DNA of 64,000 nucleotides from Armatimonadota bacterium (GCA_963677485.1 OY781964.1:3968001-4032000); one strand, 5' to 3'; counted from the first letter of the stretch, positions 1 to 11,757 are shown. The notes: a model not told the origin generated them from the sequence alone. Numbers and translations are program-made.

Positions 1-263
1 AGCTTAACAGCCTTATCGTGCTTCATCGCAGCACGTTTCGCATCGGCTTTGCTAATGATTACCAGGACTTGTCCCAGTTTCAACTTATCGGGGTTCTTAA
101 GCTTGTTGGCGCTAATGATGGCGTTGCGGGTGGTGTGATGCTTTACAGCAATACCGGAGATATTATCTCCATTTTTCACGATCACCTTGGTGGCGGCAAT
201 GGCTGTACTAGACGCTACTGTAATAGCGGCAAGAACGACCATTAGTCGTCTTTTCAACTGCAT
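1..263 (-). CDS. Secreted LysM-domain protein (5' part only; runs off the window edge)
   Basis: Not in the ORF track. Manual translation from ATG at 263: MQLKRRLMVVLAAITVASSTAIAA (signal peptide) then TKVIVKNGDNISGIAVKHHTTRNAIISANKLKNPDKLKLGQVLVI (LysM). AGGAGG SD at 271-276. Directly downstream of the amidase. Confidence 0.85.
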   Translation of the reverse strand, partial: MQLKRRLMVVLAAITVASSTAIAATKVIVKNGDNISGIAVKHHTTRNAIISANKLKNPDKLKLGQVLVIISKADAKRAAMKHDKAVK

Positions 264-282
264 CAATCATCCTCCTGGCAGG

Positions 283-1023
283 TTATTGCTTGTAGGGTTT
301 TCCCACATTTTTCACCACTTGGTAGTTTTCACTGCCGTGGTCGTGTTTTCCTTCTTTTGAGACCTGGTGGCATTGCATATCTGGCGAAATACTAGCATAA
401 ATACCTGTATTTCCATTGATGTGCTCAGATTCTAACTGGTTACGCAATGCCAGTACAAAGTGGCCGAACGGCATGTAGCGTCCGGGACAATACGTACTGT
501 TAGTGTCTCGATGACGTATGACATTCTCAACCGGAATTTCATACTTCCTAATCAATTGGACGCATAGTGACTGCAAAGCGGTCATTTGTGCGACCGTAGG
601 CTGGGTCGCGCTGCTTTTCCCGAAATATGGACTAGAAGGGTCAAACGACCCGATCAGGCACACTCCGAGGTAGTGTTTGTTATAAAATGTTTTGCCGGAA
701 TGCGCTCCGACGCACTTATCTGGACGGCCATGTTGCACTGTTCCATCGGGAAGTATCACATACTGATAGGCGATGTGATATATCTTTCCTTGGTAAAGCT
801 TAGAAAATCCGCGTTGGGCGTGGAACCTGTCCAGCATTTTGGCGTCAACAAACTTGCCCTTGATACGGAACGGAGTATCGCTGTGATGCACCACTATGCC
901 TAAGGGCCAGTCGGCTGGCCGTGCAGGTTTGCCAACCCGTGACACTAGCGGCTTGATCATAGGAAAGAGCCACATGAGCAACAGCGCAAACAACCCGTAT
1001 ATAAAAAGGTGCTTGATTGCCAC
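283..1023 (-). CDS. N-acetylmuramoyl-L-alanine amidase (Amidase_2/PGRP-like) with N-terminal membrane anchor
   Basis: IVVHHS, IAYQYVI..DG.VQHGR, GAHS, GVCLIGSF, HRD...T.CPG motifs. Start uncertain; GTG 1023 chosen ahead of the hydrophobic segment. Confidence 0.85.
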   Translation of the reverse strand: MAIKHLFIYGLFALLLMWLFPMIKPLVSRVGKPARPADWPLGIVVHHSDTPFRIKGKFVDAKMLDRFHAQRGFSKLYQGKIYHIAYQYVILPDGTVQHGRPDKCVGAHSGKTFYNKHYLGVCLIGSFDPSSPYFGKSSATQPTVAQMTALQSLCVQLIRKYEIPVENVIRHRDTNSTYCPGRYMPFGHFVLALRNQLESEHINGNTGIYASISPDMQCHQVSKEGKHDHGSENYQVVKNVGKPYKQ

Positions 1024-1181
1024 CCGGTATTTCAAGTGAGAAGAAACCACATATTCTATTCTACAACATTCCGGTGGCCACTGTATGGAAACCAACGATT
1101 GTCAATACGCCGGCGAAGGCCATGGGATTGGATCCGAACGGGTGGTTTATGAAGATTATTGCGATGGAATGGTGGATGGAA

Positions 1182-1207
1182 AGGGGGCACGGTAAACCAT
1201 GCCCCCT
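1182..1207 (-). terminator. GC-rich hairpin downstream of hoxH (possible terminator or REP remnant)
   Basis: AGGGGGCAcGGT-aa-ACCaTGCCCCCT, about 15 nt after the hoxH stop. Confidence 0.5.
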
Positions 1208-1222
1208 AACGGTGAGAGGTGA

Positions 1223-2647
1223 TTAGCGTTCGATGGTGCGGAGAAGCGTTCCATCCAGGCTCTTAATTTCCATCACGATGGGCATCTGGCCCAGGGCATG
1301 GGTGGAGCAGCTAAGACATGGGTCATAGCATCGGATGACGGCCTCTACGCGGTTCAGAGCGCCTTCTTTGATGTCATCGGCTTTCACGAACCGCTGAGCG
1401 GCCTGCAGGATACCCTTGTTCATCGCGAGGTTGTTGTGACCTGTGGCAATGATCAGGTTGCAGTAATTCATCAAGCCGTTGTTGTCTATTCGGTAGTGGT
1501 GAATCAGCGTTCCGCGGGGTGCTTCCAGGAAGCCGACGCCTTCATTACGGCTGGGCTCTGCGACTGCACGCAGGTGAGCCATGCAGGTGGTCTCGGGGTC
1601 AGCCAGTATTACTTGCATTCGCTCGATTGCACCGATGATCTCCACCAGGCGGGCCAGGTGGTTGTGGAACGAGCTGGTGCTGGCTCCACGTGTCAGTTCG
1701 CGGTATTCTGCCCATTCTTGATCAGCCAATGGGGTGCCGAATCCGTCGCAGACGGCAAGGCGGGCCATGGGGCCTACGCGGTACATGCCATCTGGGTAAC
1801 CCATCGGGGCATAGAATGGGAACTTGAGATAGCTCCAGGGTTCTACTGCTTCGCCGATCACGTTAGCATAGTCCATCGGGTCGACCACTTCATCAATGAT
1901 CTCGCCTTTGGCATTACTGACGCGCAGGGTGCCATCGTAGGTGTCCCATAACCCGTCGTAACCGGTCAGACCGACGAACAGGGTGGGGAAGTTAGCCATA
2001 ACAGCTATCTCATCTACAAACTGGCTTTGAGCGACTTTGAACCAACCGATGGTGCGTAACGCGATGGCTAATGCTTCATCAAGCATCACTTTGATCGTGT
2101 CAGAACCTTCAGTGGTGAGACCCTGGCCTACTCCGCCCGGCACTGACCAGTGCGGGTGAACGGATTTGTTGCCAAGCAGAGAGATGATCTTCTGGCCGAT
2201 GCTGCGCAGGCGGATACCGTCTTTTGCCAGTTCAGGGTGGGCGGCGGCGAGTCCCAGAATGTTACGGGTCTTGGGGTCGCTATCGAAGCCCAGCATGAAG
2301 TCCGGCGCAGAGAGGTGGAAGAAGCTCAATGCGTGGCTCTGAACGAGCTGCGCAAAGTTCATAATCCGGCGCAGGTTCGCGGCGGTGTGCGGGATATCTA
2401 CGGCCAGTAAAGCATCTGTGGCCTTAGCGGAGCACAGAAGGTGGCTAACAGGGCAAATACCGCAGATACGGGCCATTAACGCAGGCATCTCGGTGTAAGG
2501 GCGTCCTTCGCAAAACTTCTCAAACCCACGGAACTGGGTGACATGAAATTGTGCGTCGACGATGCTGCCCTGATCATCTGCAAAGAGGGTGATTTTACTG
2601 TGACCCTCTATACGAGTGACGGGATCGATAATAATGGTTTTAGCCAT
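1223..2647 (-). CDS. hoxH: Bidirectional [NiFe] hydrogenase (group 3d) large subunit
   Basis: DPVTRIEGH, L1 motif RICGICPVSH, EAPRGTLIHHY, L2 motif DPCLSCSTH followed by a cleavable C-terminal tail. Confidence 0.95.
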   Translation of the reverse strand: MAKTIIIDPVTRIEGHSKITLFADDQGSIVDAQFHVTQFRGFEKFCEGRPYTEMPALMARICGICPVSHLLCSAKATDALLAVDIPHTAANLRRIMNFAQLVQSHALSFFHLSAPDFMLGFDSDPKTRNILGLAAAHPELAKDGIRLRSIGQKIISLLGNKSVHPHWSVPGGVGQGLTTEGSDTIKVMLDEALAIALRTIGWFKVAQSQFVDEIAVMANFPTLFVGLTGYDGLWDTYDGTLRVSNAKGEIIDEVVDPMDYANVIGEAVEPWSYLKFPFYAPMGYPDGMYRVGPMARLAVCDGFGTPLADQEWAEYRELTRGASTSSFHNHLARLVEIIGAIERMQVILADPETTCMAHLRAVAEPSRNEGVGFLEAPRGTLIHHYRIDNNGLMNYCNLIIATGHNNLAMNKGILQAAQRFVKADDIKEGALNRVEAVIRCYDPCLSCSTHALGQMPIVMEIKSLDGTLLRTIER

Positions 2648-2658
2648 GTTATAACTCC

Positions 2659-3192
2659 TTATGCTCCAAACTTGGCGATGCCGGTGAGGTCAGGGATCCG
2701 ACCTGCCAGCAGTTCGCTGAGCACGTGAAAGATCAGATCAGCCGGTGGCGGGCATCCTGGCAGGTGGAAATCCACTTTCACCACTTCGCCAACTGGTCGG
2801 CAATGTGGTAGAAGGTGAGGAATCCGCTCACCCGGTGTCTGCTGCTGCACGATGGCGTTTTCGATATATGCCCTGGTCATCAGCTCCTCAATTTTGAATG
2901 AGTTGCGCATACCAGGTATGTTGGACGTGACCGCGCAGTCGCCATAGCTGATCACTATTTTGGTGTGTGCTCTGATTTTCTTGATCTTCGCTTCGTCTTC
3001 GTCGCTGCTGATAGCACCCTCAACCAGGCATACATCCACCTCGTCGGGATACTCTTTGATATCAACCAGCGGGCTATAGACGAGGTCAATCAGGGGAGCG
3101 ATCTCCAGGAGACGTTCGTCAATATCAAGGAACGACATATGGCATCCGGAGCATCCGTCAAGCCATATAGTCGCAATTTTCACTTTTTCCAT
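2659..3192 (-). CDS. hoxY: Hox hydrogenase small subunit
   Basis: WLDGCSGCHMSFLD, GDCA, PGCPP; 177 aa single-cluster small subunit; operon context. Confidence 0.95.
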   Translation of the reverse strand: MEKVKIATIWLDGCSGCHMSFLDIDERLLEIAPLIDLVYSPLVDIKEYPDEVDVCLVEGAISSDEDEAKIKKIRAHTKIVISYGDCAVTSNIPGMRNSFKIEELMTRAYIENAIVQQQTPGERIPHLLPHCRPVGEVVKVDFHLPGCPPPADLIFHVLSELLAGRIPDLTGIAKFGA

Positions 3193-3909
3193 CTATTTGT
3201 TACCTCGCATCATCACTATTTCGGCGATGAGGCCGGGGTTCTTGACCATTTCGCCAGCCGCCCTGCCTTTTTCGCTCAGGGCACCTACCGGGCAGGCCTG
3301 AACGCATTTGCCGCAGTCAGTGCAGGCATCTACTTCGCCCCATGGCTGCAGCAGCCCGGAAATCATCTGTGAGTCGATACCACGTCCAGCGATATCCCAA
3401 ACATGCATCCCTTCGATGGAGTCGCACGTGCGGATGCAGCGCGAACAGAGAATGCAGCGGTTATGGTCAATCATGAAGCGTGAATGAGACGCATCGATAG
3501 ATAGTTTTGGATATCGGTAAGGCACATGAAGGCCGGTGACACCTAGTCGATTAGCCATCGACTGTAGTTCGCAGTGTCCATTACTGACACAGATCGAACA
3601 GGTGTGGTTACGCTCCGCAAAGAGCATCTCTAGAATAAGCTTCCGGAACTTCAGAAGTTTGGGAGTGTCGGTGGATATAATCCATCCGGAGGCGGGTTCG
3701 GTAGTGCAGGCTGGGAAGAGGCGCGGAATGCCCTCAACTTCAACCATGCATAGCCGGCATCCACCATACGCTTCTAAGCCTTCAAGGAAGCACAGGGTTG
3801 GGATATATATGTCATTCATTCGGCATATCTGCAGAATGGTTTGACCTGCTTCGAATTCGATCTCCGTACCGTTGATCGTGACTAACTTCTTGTCAGAATT
3901 GGGAGACAT
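3193..3909 (-). CDS. hoxU: Hox diaphorase Fe-S subunit
   Basis: IPTLC..GGCRLC..C (2Fe-2S), H.C..C..NGHC, two CxxCxxC 4Fe-4S motifs. Start ATG 3909 overlaps the hoxF stop (TGATG). Confidence 0.95.
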   Translation of the reverse strand: MSPNSDKKLVTINGTEIEFEAGQTILQICRMNDIYIPTLCFLEGLEAYGGCRLCMVEVEGIPRLFPACTTEPASGWIISTDTPKLLKFRKLILEMLFAERNHTCSICVSNGHCELQSMANRLGVTGLHVPYRYPKLSIDASHSRFMIDHNRCILCSRCIRTCDSIEGMHVWDIAGRGIDSQMISGLLQPWGEVDACTDCGKCVQACPVGALSEKGRAAGEMVKNPGLIAEIVMMRGNK

Positions 3910-5564
3910 CACTTGACCTCCTGCAGTTTTTTGGCGTGCGCCATTGAGCAGACACCGGCCGGACACCGCTTTTCAACGATATGAGCTACGAACTCATCGC
4001 GGAAATAGCGCAAGGTGCTTAACACCGGGTTCGGTGCCGTCTGACCAAGGCCGCATAGGCTGGTCGTGGTCACCACTTGGCATATCTCTTCGATTAGGTC
4101 GATGTCTTCCATCGTGCCGTCGCCGTCTGTAATCTTGTTCAGCAGGCGGAGAAGCTGGTAAGTGCCCGTTCGGCATGGGATGCACTTGCCGCAGCTTTCG
4201 CTTTGACAGAACTCCATGAAGAACTTCGCAACGTCGACCATGCAGGAGGTATCGTCCATGACGATCATACCGCCCGAACCCATGATCGAACCGACTTTTT
4301 TCAGCGATTCGTAATCACAGGGCAGGTCAAGATGCTCAGCAGGGATACAACCACCGGATGGTCCGCCGGTTTGCACCGCTTTGAAGGAGCGACCGTCAGG
4401 GATGCCGCCGCCGATATCAAAGATGATTTCGCGGATCGTCATACCCATTGGCACTTCGATTAAGCCGGTATTCTGAACCCGTCCTGCCAGAGCAAACACT
4501 TTCGTGCCTTTACTACTGGGAGTTCCGATTTTGGAATACCACTCTCCACCGTTTCGGATGATTGGGGCGATGCTAGCCAGTGTTTCCACATTGTTGATAC
4601 ATGTGGGTTGTCCCCATAGTCCCTTGACTGCAGGGTATGGTGGGCGAGGCTTAGGCATACCGCGGCGTCCCTCGATGGAGGCGATGAGTGCGGTCTCTTC
4701 ACCGCAGACAAATGCACCAGCACCAAGCCTGATATCTACACTGAAGCTGTAATCGGATCCAGCGATGTTCTTGCCCAGCAGACCGCTGCGCTCCGCTTGT
4801 CGGATCGCTGTCCGCAATCTTTTGATGGCCAGAGGATACTCAGCACGTACGTACACGAAGCCCTTGCTGGCTCCCATGGCGTAGGCTGCGATCGCCATAC
4901 CTTCCAGAATTCGGTGTGGGTCCGACTCAAGAACGGATCGGTCCATGAATGCACCGGGGTCACCTTCGTCGCCATTACAGATGACATACTTCGGTGCGCG
5001 GGTTTCATGAGCCATGAGTGCCCATTTTTTACCTGTGGGGAAGCCTGCTCCACCACGGCCACGTAAGCCGGAAGTGCTGATCTCATCAATCACTTCAAGC
5101 GGCGTCATTTCTTTGAGCACCTTGAGAAGAGCGGAATACCCATCGTGGGCGATGTAATCTTCAATCTTCTCAGGATCAATCACTCCGCAGTTTTCGAGAG
5201 CGATCTTTACCTGACGTGTGAAGAAGGGGGCGTTGGCGTCACAATCGATTTGGGAAGGGACATCCATGTTGAGGCTGTCGAGTATGGTTCCGGCATCTGC
5301 CTCAGTGACCGCTTCGAACATCTTGCCCGATGGTCTGACTTGAAGCAATGGTCCGACAGAACATAGCCCTAAGCAGCCTACACCCTTAATCAGTACATCC
5401 TTCTCGAGACCTCGAGACTTGACTTCCTCTTCAAGAGCCGCCTTGACGAGATTTGAATGGCAAGATAGACATCCTGCCGCCACGCATACTGCGATCACGT
5501 GCTTGTATTGGCCTTCGGCGGACAATTGAGTCGCCGAAACAGTTTTCATCTCATCGAGATTCAT
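3909..5564 (-). CDS. hoxF: Hox diaphorase NADH/FMN-binding subunit (NuoF-like)
   Basis: SGLRGRGGAGFPTG, CNGDEGDPGAFMDR, GAFVCGEETAL, ESCGKCIPCR; N-terminal thioredoxin-like 2Fe-2S domain. Confidence 0.95.
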   Translation of the reverse strand: MNLDEMKTVSATQLSAEGQYKHVIAVCVAAGCLSCHSNLVKAALEEEVKSRGLEKDVLIKGVGCLGLCSVGPLLQVRPSGKMFEAVTEADAGTILDSLNMDVPSQIDCDANAPFFTRQVKIALENCGVIDPEKIEDYIAHDGYSALLKVLKEMTPLEVIDEISTSGLRGRGGAGFPTGKKWALMAHETRAPKYVICNGDEGDPGAFMDRSVLESDPHRILEGMAIAAYAMGASKGFVYVRAEYPLAIKRLRTAIRQAERSGLLGKNIAGSDYSFSVDIRLGAGAFVCGEETALIASIEGRRGMPKPRPPYPAVKGLWGQPTCINNVETLASIAPIIRNGGEWYSKIGTPSSKGTKVFALAGRVQNTGLIEVPMGMTIREIIFDIGGGIPDGRSFKAVQTGGPSGGCIPAEHLDLPCDYESLKKVGSIMGSGGMIVMDDTSCMVDVAKFFMEFCQSESCGKCIPCRTGTYQLLRLLNKITDGDGTMEDIDLIEEICQVVTTTSLCGLGQTAPNPVLSTLRYFRDEFVAHIVEKRCPAGVCSMAHAKKLQEVK

Positions 5565-6054
5565 CAGACATACACCTCGATATTTGGCTTATGGCTTCTT
5601 GGGGGGTTAGCTTACCCACGATGACTCCGTCAAAAACGCCGGCTGGTGCTAAACCACAGGCACCAATACAACGGGCTGTCATCAGTGATAATTGTCCGTC
5701 AGGGGTGGTTTCACCGGGCTTGATGCCGTAAGCATCTTCAATGGCAGTGATGATGCTGGGGATGCCCTTGATGTAGCAGGCCGTTCCCATGCAAAGTACG
5801 CAGGTGTGCTGTCCCTGTGGTTTTAAGTTGAAGAAGTGGTAGAAAGTGGCCACTCCGTATACTTTGCTCAGAGGCACTTGCAGGCTTTCTCCAACGAAAC
5901 GCAGAGCGTCATCGTCGAGGTAACCGAAGGCTTCTTGAGCTGTATGTAAAGATTCGATTAAAGCGTCGGAACTGTAACCATGTCGGCGCATTGTTGCATC
6001 AACCACACGCCACCGACGGTCGTCAGAAGGTGCGGGGGGACGGTTTATAGCCAT
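5551..6054 (-). CDS. hoxE: Hox diaphorase subunit (NuoE-like 2Fe-2S)
   Basis: VYGVATFYHFF, CMGTACY, RCIGACGLAP; GGAGG SD before ATG 6054. Confidence 0.93.
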   Translation of the reverse strand: MAINRPPAPSDDRRWRVVDATMRRHGYSSDALIESLHTAQEAFGYLDDDALRFVGESLQVPLSKVYGVATFYHFFNLKPQGQHTCVLCMGTACYIKGIPSIITAIEDAYGIKPGETTPDGQLSLMTARCIGACGLAPAGVFDGVIVGKLTPQEAISQISRCMSDESR

Positions 6055-6269
6055 CAGATCCTCCAGAAATGTTACTACCATAGCGACTGTGTACGACGAT
6101 ATTTAACCGCCGTCACTATCATGCACTGTGGGTGAGTTGATAACCCACTCAAGTAACAATTCTATCAGAAAACACCCTAGAAATGTGAATTACATATCGT
6201 AATGTAGAAGAAAAATGTGATTTTAACGAAGGCCGTAGAAGCCAGCAGTGATTCGATCGGCACAACTCT

Positions 6270-7136
6270 TCAGTTTAATACGAAACGAGCCAGAACCGTC
6301 ATGATTACTATCACGATGATAGCGGCAATACCGATGTCGCGCCATTCAGCACGACTGAGCTGGAATTGCTTATGGTTCACAATCAAAAAGGTGGCGGCAA
6401 TCGGCACTAGTCCTGGGAGCATGGCCAGTATCGGAATGATCGGCGAAAGGGTGAATTGGAGCAGCAGAAAGGCGGTGAGTACGACGGTTGTCCAAACTGC
6501 GGTGAGTGATGTGTTTAGCTTGAAACGGACACAGCAAGCCAAAAAAGCACTGAAAAACATGAAGTCTGCGGGACCTATAAGGCCCATCAATGCGACATGG
6601 CCAGCTTTGGCTGCCGATCCAGCCATTGGTATCGATACAGCTACTTGAGGTAACAGCTCAGGGGTGTGCTTCATATAGACTGGCAGCCAGTATTTCACAA
6701 TGAAGATATCTATGGAGGCCAAGAAAAGTGCCACCGGTGGCACGATATTGGGTTCCCTGAATACGCGGCTCACGAGCTTACCGAGATGGGCTGCTGAGAG
6801 CAGTATGAGGATATCTCGAAACGCCAATGCACAGGGGATGCCCAATCGGGTTGAGGCCAATGCGCGGACGGTGGGCATAGGCAGGTTAAGAACCAGAATG
6901 GCCAGTCCGACGCTGATGCCCAGCGTGAGCACTTCCGCCAGAGCTGATGTTTTGATGACCACCACACGCAACAGCAACCAAATCGTGAGAAACATGAAGA
7001 TGAGCGAGCTGCCGGCTGCTGCGAAGGGCATCATCCCGCTGGGAATGGGCAACAGCGGGATGAACACTTTGTAGATGAAGTAGGTGGCGAGTGATAACGC
7101 ACAAACGAAAATGCGGTTATCTAGATATCGCCGCAA
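6270..7136 (-). CDS. Polytopic membrane protein, putative presenilin/signal-peptide-peptidase-like (GxGD-type) protease homologue
   Basis: About 8-9 hydrophobic segments. Membrane-embedded Asp in ASIDIFIV, then LIGPADFMF and LPGLVP, in the order of the YD / GxGD / PAL motifs. Confidence 0.5.
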   Translation of the reverse strand: MRRYLDNRIFVCALSLATYFIYKVFIPLLPIPSGMMPFAAAGSSLIFMFLTIWLLLRVVVIKTSALAEVLTLGISVGLAILVLNLPMPTVRALASTRLGIPCALAFRDILILLSAAHLGKLVSRVFREPNIVPPVALFLASIDIFIVKYWLPVYMKHTPELLPQVAVSIPMAGSAAKAGHVALMGLIGPADFMFFSAFLACCVRFKLNTSLTAVWTTVVLTAFLLLQFTLSPIIPILAMLPGLVPIAATFLIVNHKQFQLSRAEWRDIGIAAIIVIVIMTVLARFVLN

Positions 7137-7139
7137 TGC

Positions 7140-7688
7140 CTACTTCGCTGCCAGAAGGGTCGCTCGCCCGATATTGGGGTTCGTGAACACATCGGCTTCA
7201 TCACGGCTAGTGGTGCTGAACTCACTGATCACGGCCCCTTCATCGCCGGCTTGAAACCAGTGTAGTGTGTTACGAGGAATCGTGAACTGTTCACCCGGCT
7301 GTAAGGCGATTTCCTGCCAGACCGAATAGTATTGTTCTGTGCCTGGTGGCGGGGCGCACACCGGGTTCGGAGTCGCTTCACCTTCAATGTAGAGATAAAC
7401 AACACCCCAACGGCATCGAAATGTCTCCATTTTGCCGGGATGCCCATCAACCGATGGATGCCTGTGTTCTGCACAGGTTTGGTGCGGGAAGAGCACCATC
7501 TCTTTGGCACAATAAGCCTCTGTGTTGATGTATGTGACGATCTCCAGCCCCGTATGCTGAAGGTCACTCAAACCAAAGTCCACGACTTCAATGCCCTCTG
7601 ACTCTTCAGGTGTCAGCACAATGGAGGCCTTCTGGTAGTAGTCACGTGCTCGTTGCTGTGCGGAGCTAAATTCTCTTTTGCTAATCAT
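7140..7688 (-). CDS. D-lyxose/D-mannose family sugar isomerase (cupin, YdaE-like)
   Basis: DFGL, YCAKEMVL.P.QTC.EH.HP, GK.ETFRCRWG, PGEQ.TI....HWFQAG..GAV.SEFS..SRDE.D.FT.P. Confidence 0.9.
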   Translation of the reverse strand: MISKREFSSAQQRARDYYQKASIVLTPEESEGIEVVDFGLSDLQHTGLEIVTYINTEAYCAKEMVLFPHQTCAEHRHPSVDGHPGKMETFRCRWGVVYLYIEGEATPNPVCAPPPGTEQYYSVWQEIALQPGEQFTIPRNTLHWFQAGDEGAVISEFSTTSRDEADVFTNPNIGRATLLAAK

Positions 7689-7730
7689 TCAGATATCTCC
7701 CTTCATACGTGCAGATGAATAATCGGTCGA

Positions 7731-8810
7731 TTACAGTTTTGCAGAACGCTGAAGCAGTAAACAGTCGGCCAGAACCAGTGCGGTCATTGCCTCCACAACC
7801 GGTACCGCTCGGGGTAGAACGCAAGGGTCATGCCGACCTTTGGCACGCAGGGTGGTTGCCTCACCATCCTGGGTCACCGATTGTTGGTCACGGGTGATGG
7901 TGGCGGTTGGTTTCACGGCGATTCGGAACCTGATGTCTTCGCCGTTCGATATCCCGCCTTGAATCCCACCGCTGTTGTTGGTTGTGGTATGAACTTTTCC
8001 ATCTGCTCCGGTGACGAAGGGGTCATTATGCTCCGAGCCCTTCATCAGCGTGCCACTAAAGCCGCTGCCGACCTCAAAACCCTTGACCGCAGGGATGGAG
8101 AGCATAGCCATACCCAGCCGTGCTTCCAGCTTGTCAAACACTGGGTCACCGAAACCTGGCGGACAGTGTCGCACCACACAGCACACCGTGCCTCCCAGAC
8201 TGTCGCCATCGGCTCGGGCCTGCATGATGGCCGCTTCCATGAGGGCTGATGCAGCCGGGTCTGGGCATCGGGTGGGGTGGGCATCGACAAGCTCGCGGGT
8301 GATGGAATTGGGATCCACCTGCGCCTTGATTTCATGAACTGTGTCAACCCAGGCAATAATCTCAATGCCAAAGGAAGAGAGAAGTATCTGAGCTACCGCG
8401 CCTGCGGCTACTCGGGCGACTGTTTCCCGGGCACTTGACCGTCCACCGCCTCGCCAATCGCGGTATCCGTATTTGGCGTCGAAAGTGTAGTCCGCGTGCG
8501 ATGGTCTGTAGATATGATGGAAGCCTTCATATGAGCTGCTCATGGCATCTTGATTTTGGACGAATAGTGCGATGGGTGTTCCGGTGGTTTTGCTCTCGAA
8601 TGTGCCGGAGAGGATTTGGACGGTATCGCTTTCTTTGCGCTGAGTGGTCAGCTTGCTTTGCCCTGGCCGCCGTCGATCAAGTTCAGACTGAATCATACCG
8701 GCGTCAATGACCAAACCGGCTGGACAGCCGTCGATGATCACACCAACTGCCTGACCATGCGATTCCCCAAAAGTGCTGATTCGGAATATCTGTCCAAAAA
8801 TGCTGCCCAT
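7731..8810 (-). CDS. aroC: Chorismate synthase
   Basis: [43 protein letters not shown]. Confidence 0.97.
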   Translation of the reverse strand: MGSIFGQIFRISTFGESHGQAVGVIIDGCPAGLVIDAGMIQSELDRRRPGQSKLTTQRKESDTVQILSGTFESKTTGTPIALFVQNQDAMSSSYEGFHHIYRPSHADYTFDAKYGYRDWRGGGRSSARETVARVAAGAVAQILLSSFGIEIIAWVDTVHEIKAQVDPNSITRELVDAHPTRCPDPAASALMEAAIMQARADGDSLGGTVCCVVRHCPPGFGDPVFDKLEARLGMAMLSIPAVKGFEVGSGFSGTLMKGSEHNDPFVTGADGKVHTTTNNSGGIQGGISNGEDIRFRIAVKPTATITRDQQSVTQDGEATTLRAKGRHDPCVLPRAVPVVEAMTALVLADCLLLQRSAKL

Positions 8811-8942
8811 AGAACCTCTTTTGATGTTTGTAACTGGTTCACATTATACGGGTGGGTGAGAGGAAAATCAACGAGCGCCGGGTAGTATGAATCTGTAGGC
8901 GAGTGATGCCTGCGCGAATGCCGCAGCTGAAAGGAGAGCGCT

Positions 8943-9815
8943 ATGAAGGTAGTCATCATCGGAGGGCGCGGATTTATCGGAAGGAATCTGTCTGAGTATC
9001 TGACCTCGCAAGGTCATGATGTGCTGGTGAGTTCACGACACCTGTCAGATAGATCGATCGTCTGGGATGGCCACGATGCAGGCGATCTCGCAACTCATCT
9101 TGCTGGCATAGATGCGGTGGTGAACCTGGCAGGTGAATCGATCGCTGACAAACCATGGAGCCGCGAACGGAAGCATGTGCTGTACACATCACGCGTCGAT
9201 ACCACCAAATCCGTTGTGAAGGCCGCCAACATGGCAGGTGTATCGGTGTTGGTGAACGCCAGTGCGGTGGGCATCTACGGTTCGACGGGTGACAATATTG
9301 TGGATGAAACGCAGCCTGCCGGAGTTGGGTATCTTGCCGACCTATGTGCTGCCTGGGAGAGAGCCACCAATGGATTCGCTGGCCGATGTGTACACATGCG
9401 GATCGGTGTGGTCATCGGGAGTGGTGGCGGGATACTGGCGCGCCTTAGGCCGGTATTCCGTACAGGGATTGGCGGTCCCTTAGGCTCAGGCAAACACTGG
9501 ATGCCCTGGATACATATCGACGACTTAACGCGATGTGTGGAATGGTGTCTTACCAAACCGATAGTGGGGCCGGTCAACGCTGTGGCACCTCAAGCGGTGA
9601 CCAATCTTGATTTTTCAAGGAGGCTTGCGCACTTATTACATCGCCCGTGCTTTTTGTCTGTGCCAGTATTAGCCTTGCAACTCGTATTCGGGAAGGCCTT
9701 TGTGGCTGAGGTTCTCATCAGCAGTCAGAAAATACGGCCAAAGGTACTAGAAACAAGTGGATTTACGTGGACTAGAAGTGAGATCCATGCTGCGTTGATG
9801 GAGGCACTGGCGTAG
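8943..9815 (+). CDS. TIGR01777 family NAD(P)-dependent epimerase/oxidoreductase
   Basis: GGRGFIG, VVNLAGESI...W, SAVGIYG, GGPLGSG..WMPWIHIDD, GPVNAVAP. Confidence 0.9.
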   Translation: MKVVIIGGRGFIGRNLSEYLTSQGHDVLVSSRHLSDRSIVWDGHDAGDLATHLAGIDAVVNLAGESIADKPWSRERKHVLYTSRVDTTKSVVKAANMAGVSVLVNASAVGIYGSTGDNIVDETQPAGVGYLADLCAAWERATNGFAGRCVHMRIGVVIGSGGGILARLRPVFRTGIGGPLGSGKHWMPWIHIDDLTRCVEWCLTKPIVGPVNAVAPQAVTNLDFSRRLAHLLHRPCFLSVPVLALQLVFGKAFVAEVLISSQKIRPKVLETSGFTWTRSEIHAALMEALA

Positions 9816-9829
9816 CCGCGGATGTCGAG

Positions 9830-10201
9830 CTATTTCTGTGTTTCAAAGTTGACGATGTAGTGTCTTTCCTGTGGATGTTTATAAAGATAGCGTCGGCGGG
9901 CTGTGATCTCTTTTCCCTGGTCAGTCTTAACAAACGCCTTCTCTTTGCGTAAGTCTCGGTTATCATGAAGAAGATGGGTGCGTTTTACCTTCATGTTGGC
10001 AATGTCCTTTGAGCGGACAAGGTAGTCACGCCCAATGGTTTTGACTTGAAAAGAGATGAGAAGTATCATGACAAACATGACGCACAAACCCACTACCATC
10101 ACGGTTGAGTTGCCGTCTGATGTAGGACTGGGTCTATGTTGAGTGTTTGTTATAGTTGACAGATGTCTCATGAAGGAAGCAATTCTCCGAAGCGTGATCA
10201 C
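9830..10201 (-). CDS. Putative septum formation initiator (FtsB/DivIC-like)
   Basis: Single TM helix, coiled-coil region, C-terminal E..AR....Y..P.E pattern; lies downstream of eno, a common synteny. Start uncertain. Confidence 0.6.
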   Translation of the reverse strand: MITLRRIASFMRHLSTITNTQHRPSPTSDGNSTVMVVGLCVMFVMILLISFQVKTIGRDYLVRSKDIANMKVKRTHLLHDNRDLRKEKAFVKTDQGKEITARRRYLYKHPQERHYIVNFETQK

Positions 10202-10431
10202 CGGTGATAATCTACATGCCCAGACGTTCTGCGAAACTGAGCTGTGACTATTATTGTATCATTAGTTTTTGCAAGATTCCTTACATTTATTGGATATCTC
10301 ACCAAATAGACATCATACGTCAATATATTCCGTCGATATTCAACAATTCAGGGCAAATTTAACCTCTGGGATGCGTTGCACCAAAGAGGTCTTGATCCTA
10401 AACGAAGCGAGGGTCGATGTGATCTCGGCTG

Positions 10432-11757
<1,326 letters not shown>

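Noticed and set aside
3909-6054. NuoE/NuoF of respiratory complex I
   Set aside because: Directly followed by hoxU, hoxY and a NiFe large subunit, so these are Hox diaphorase subunits.
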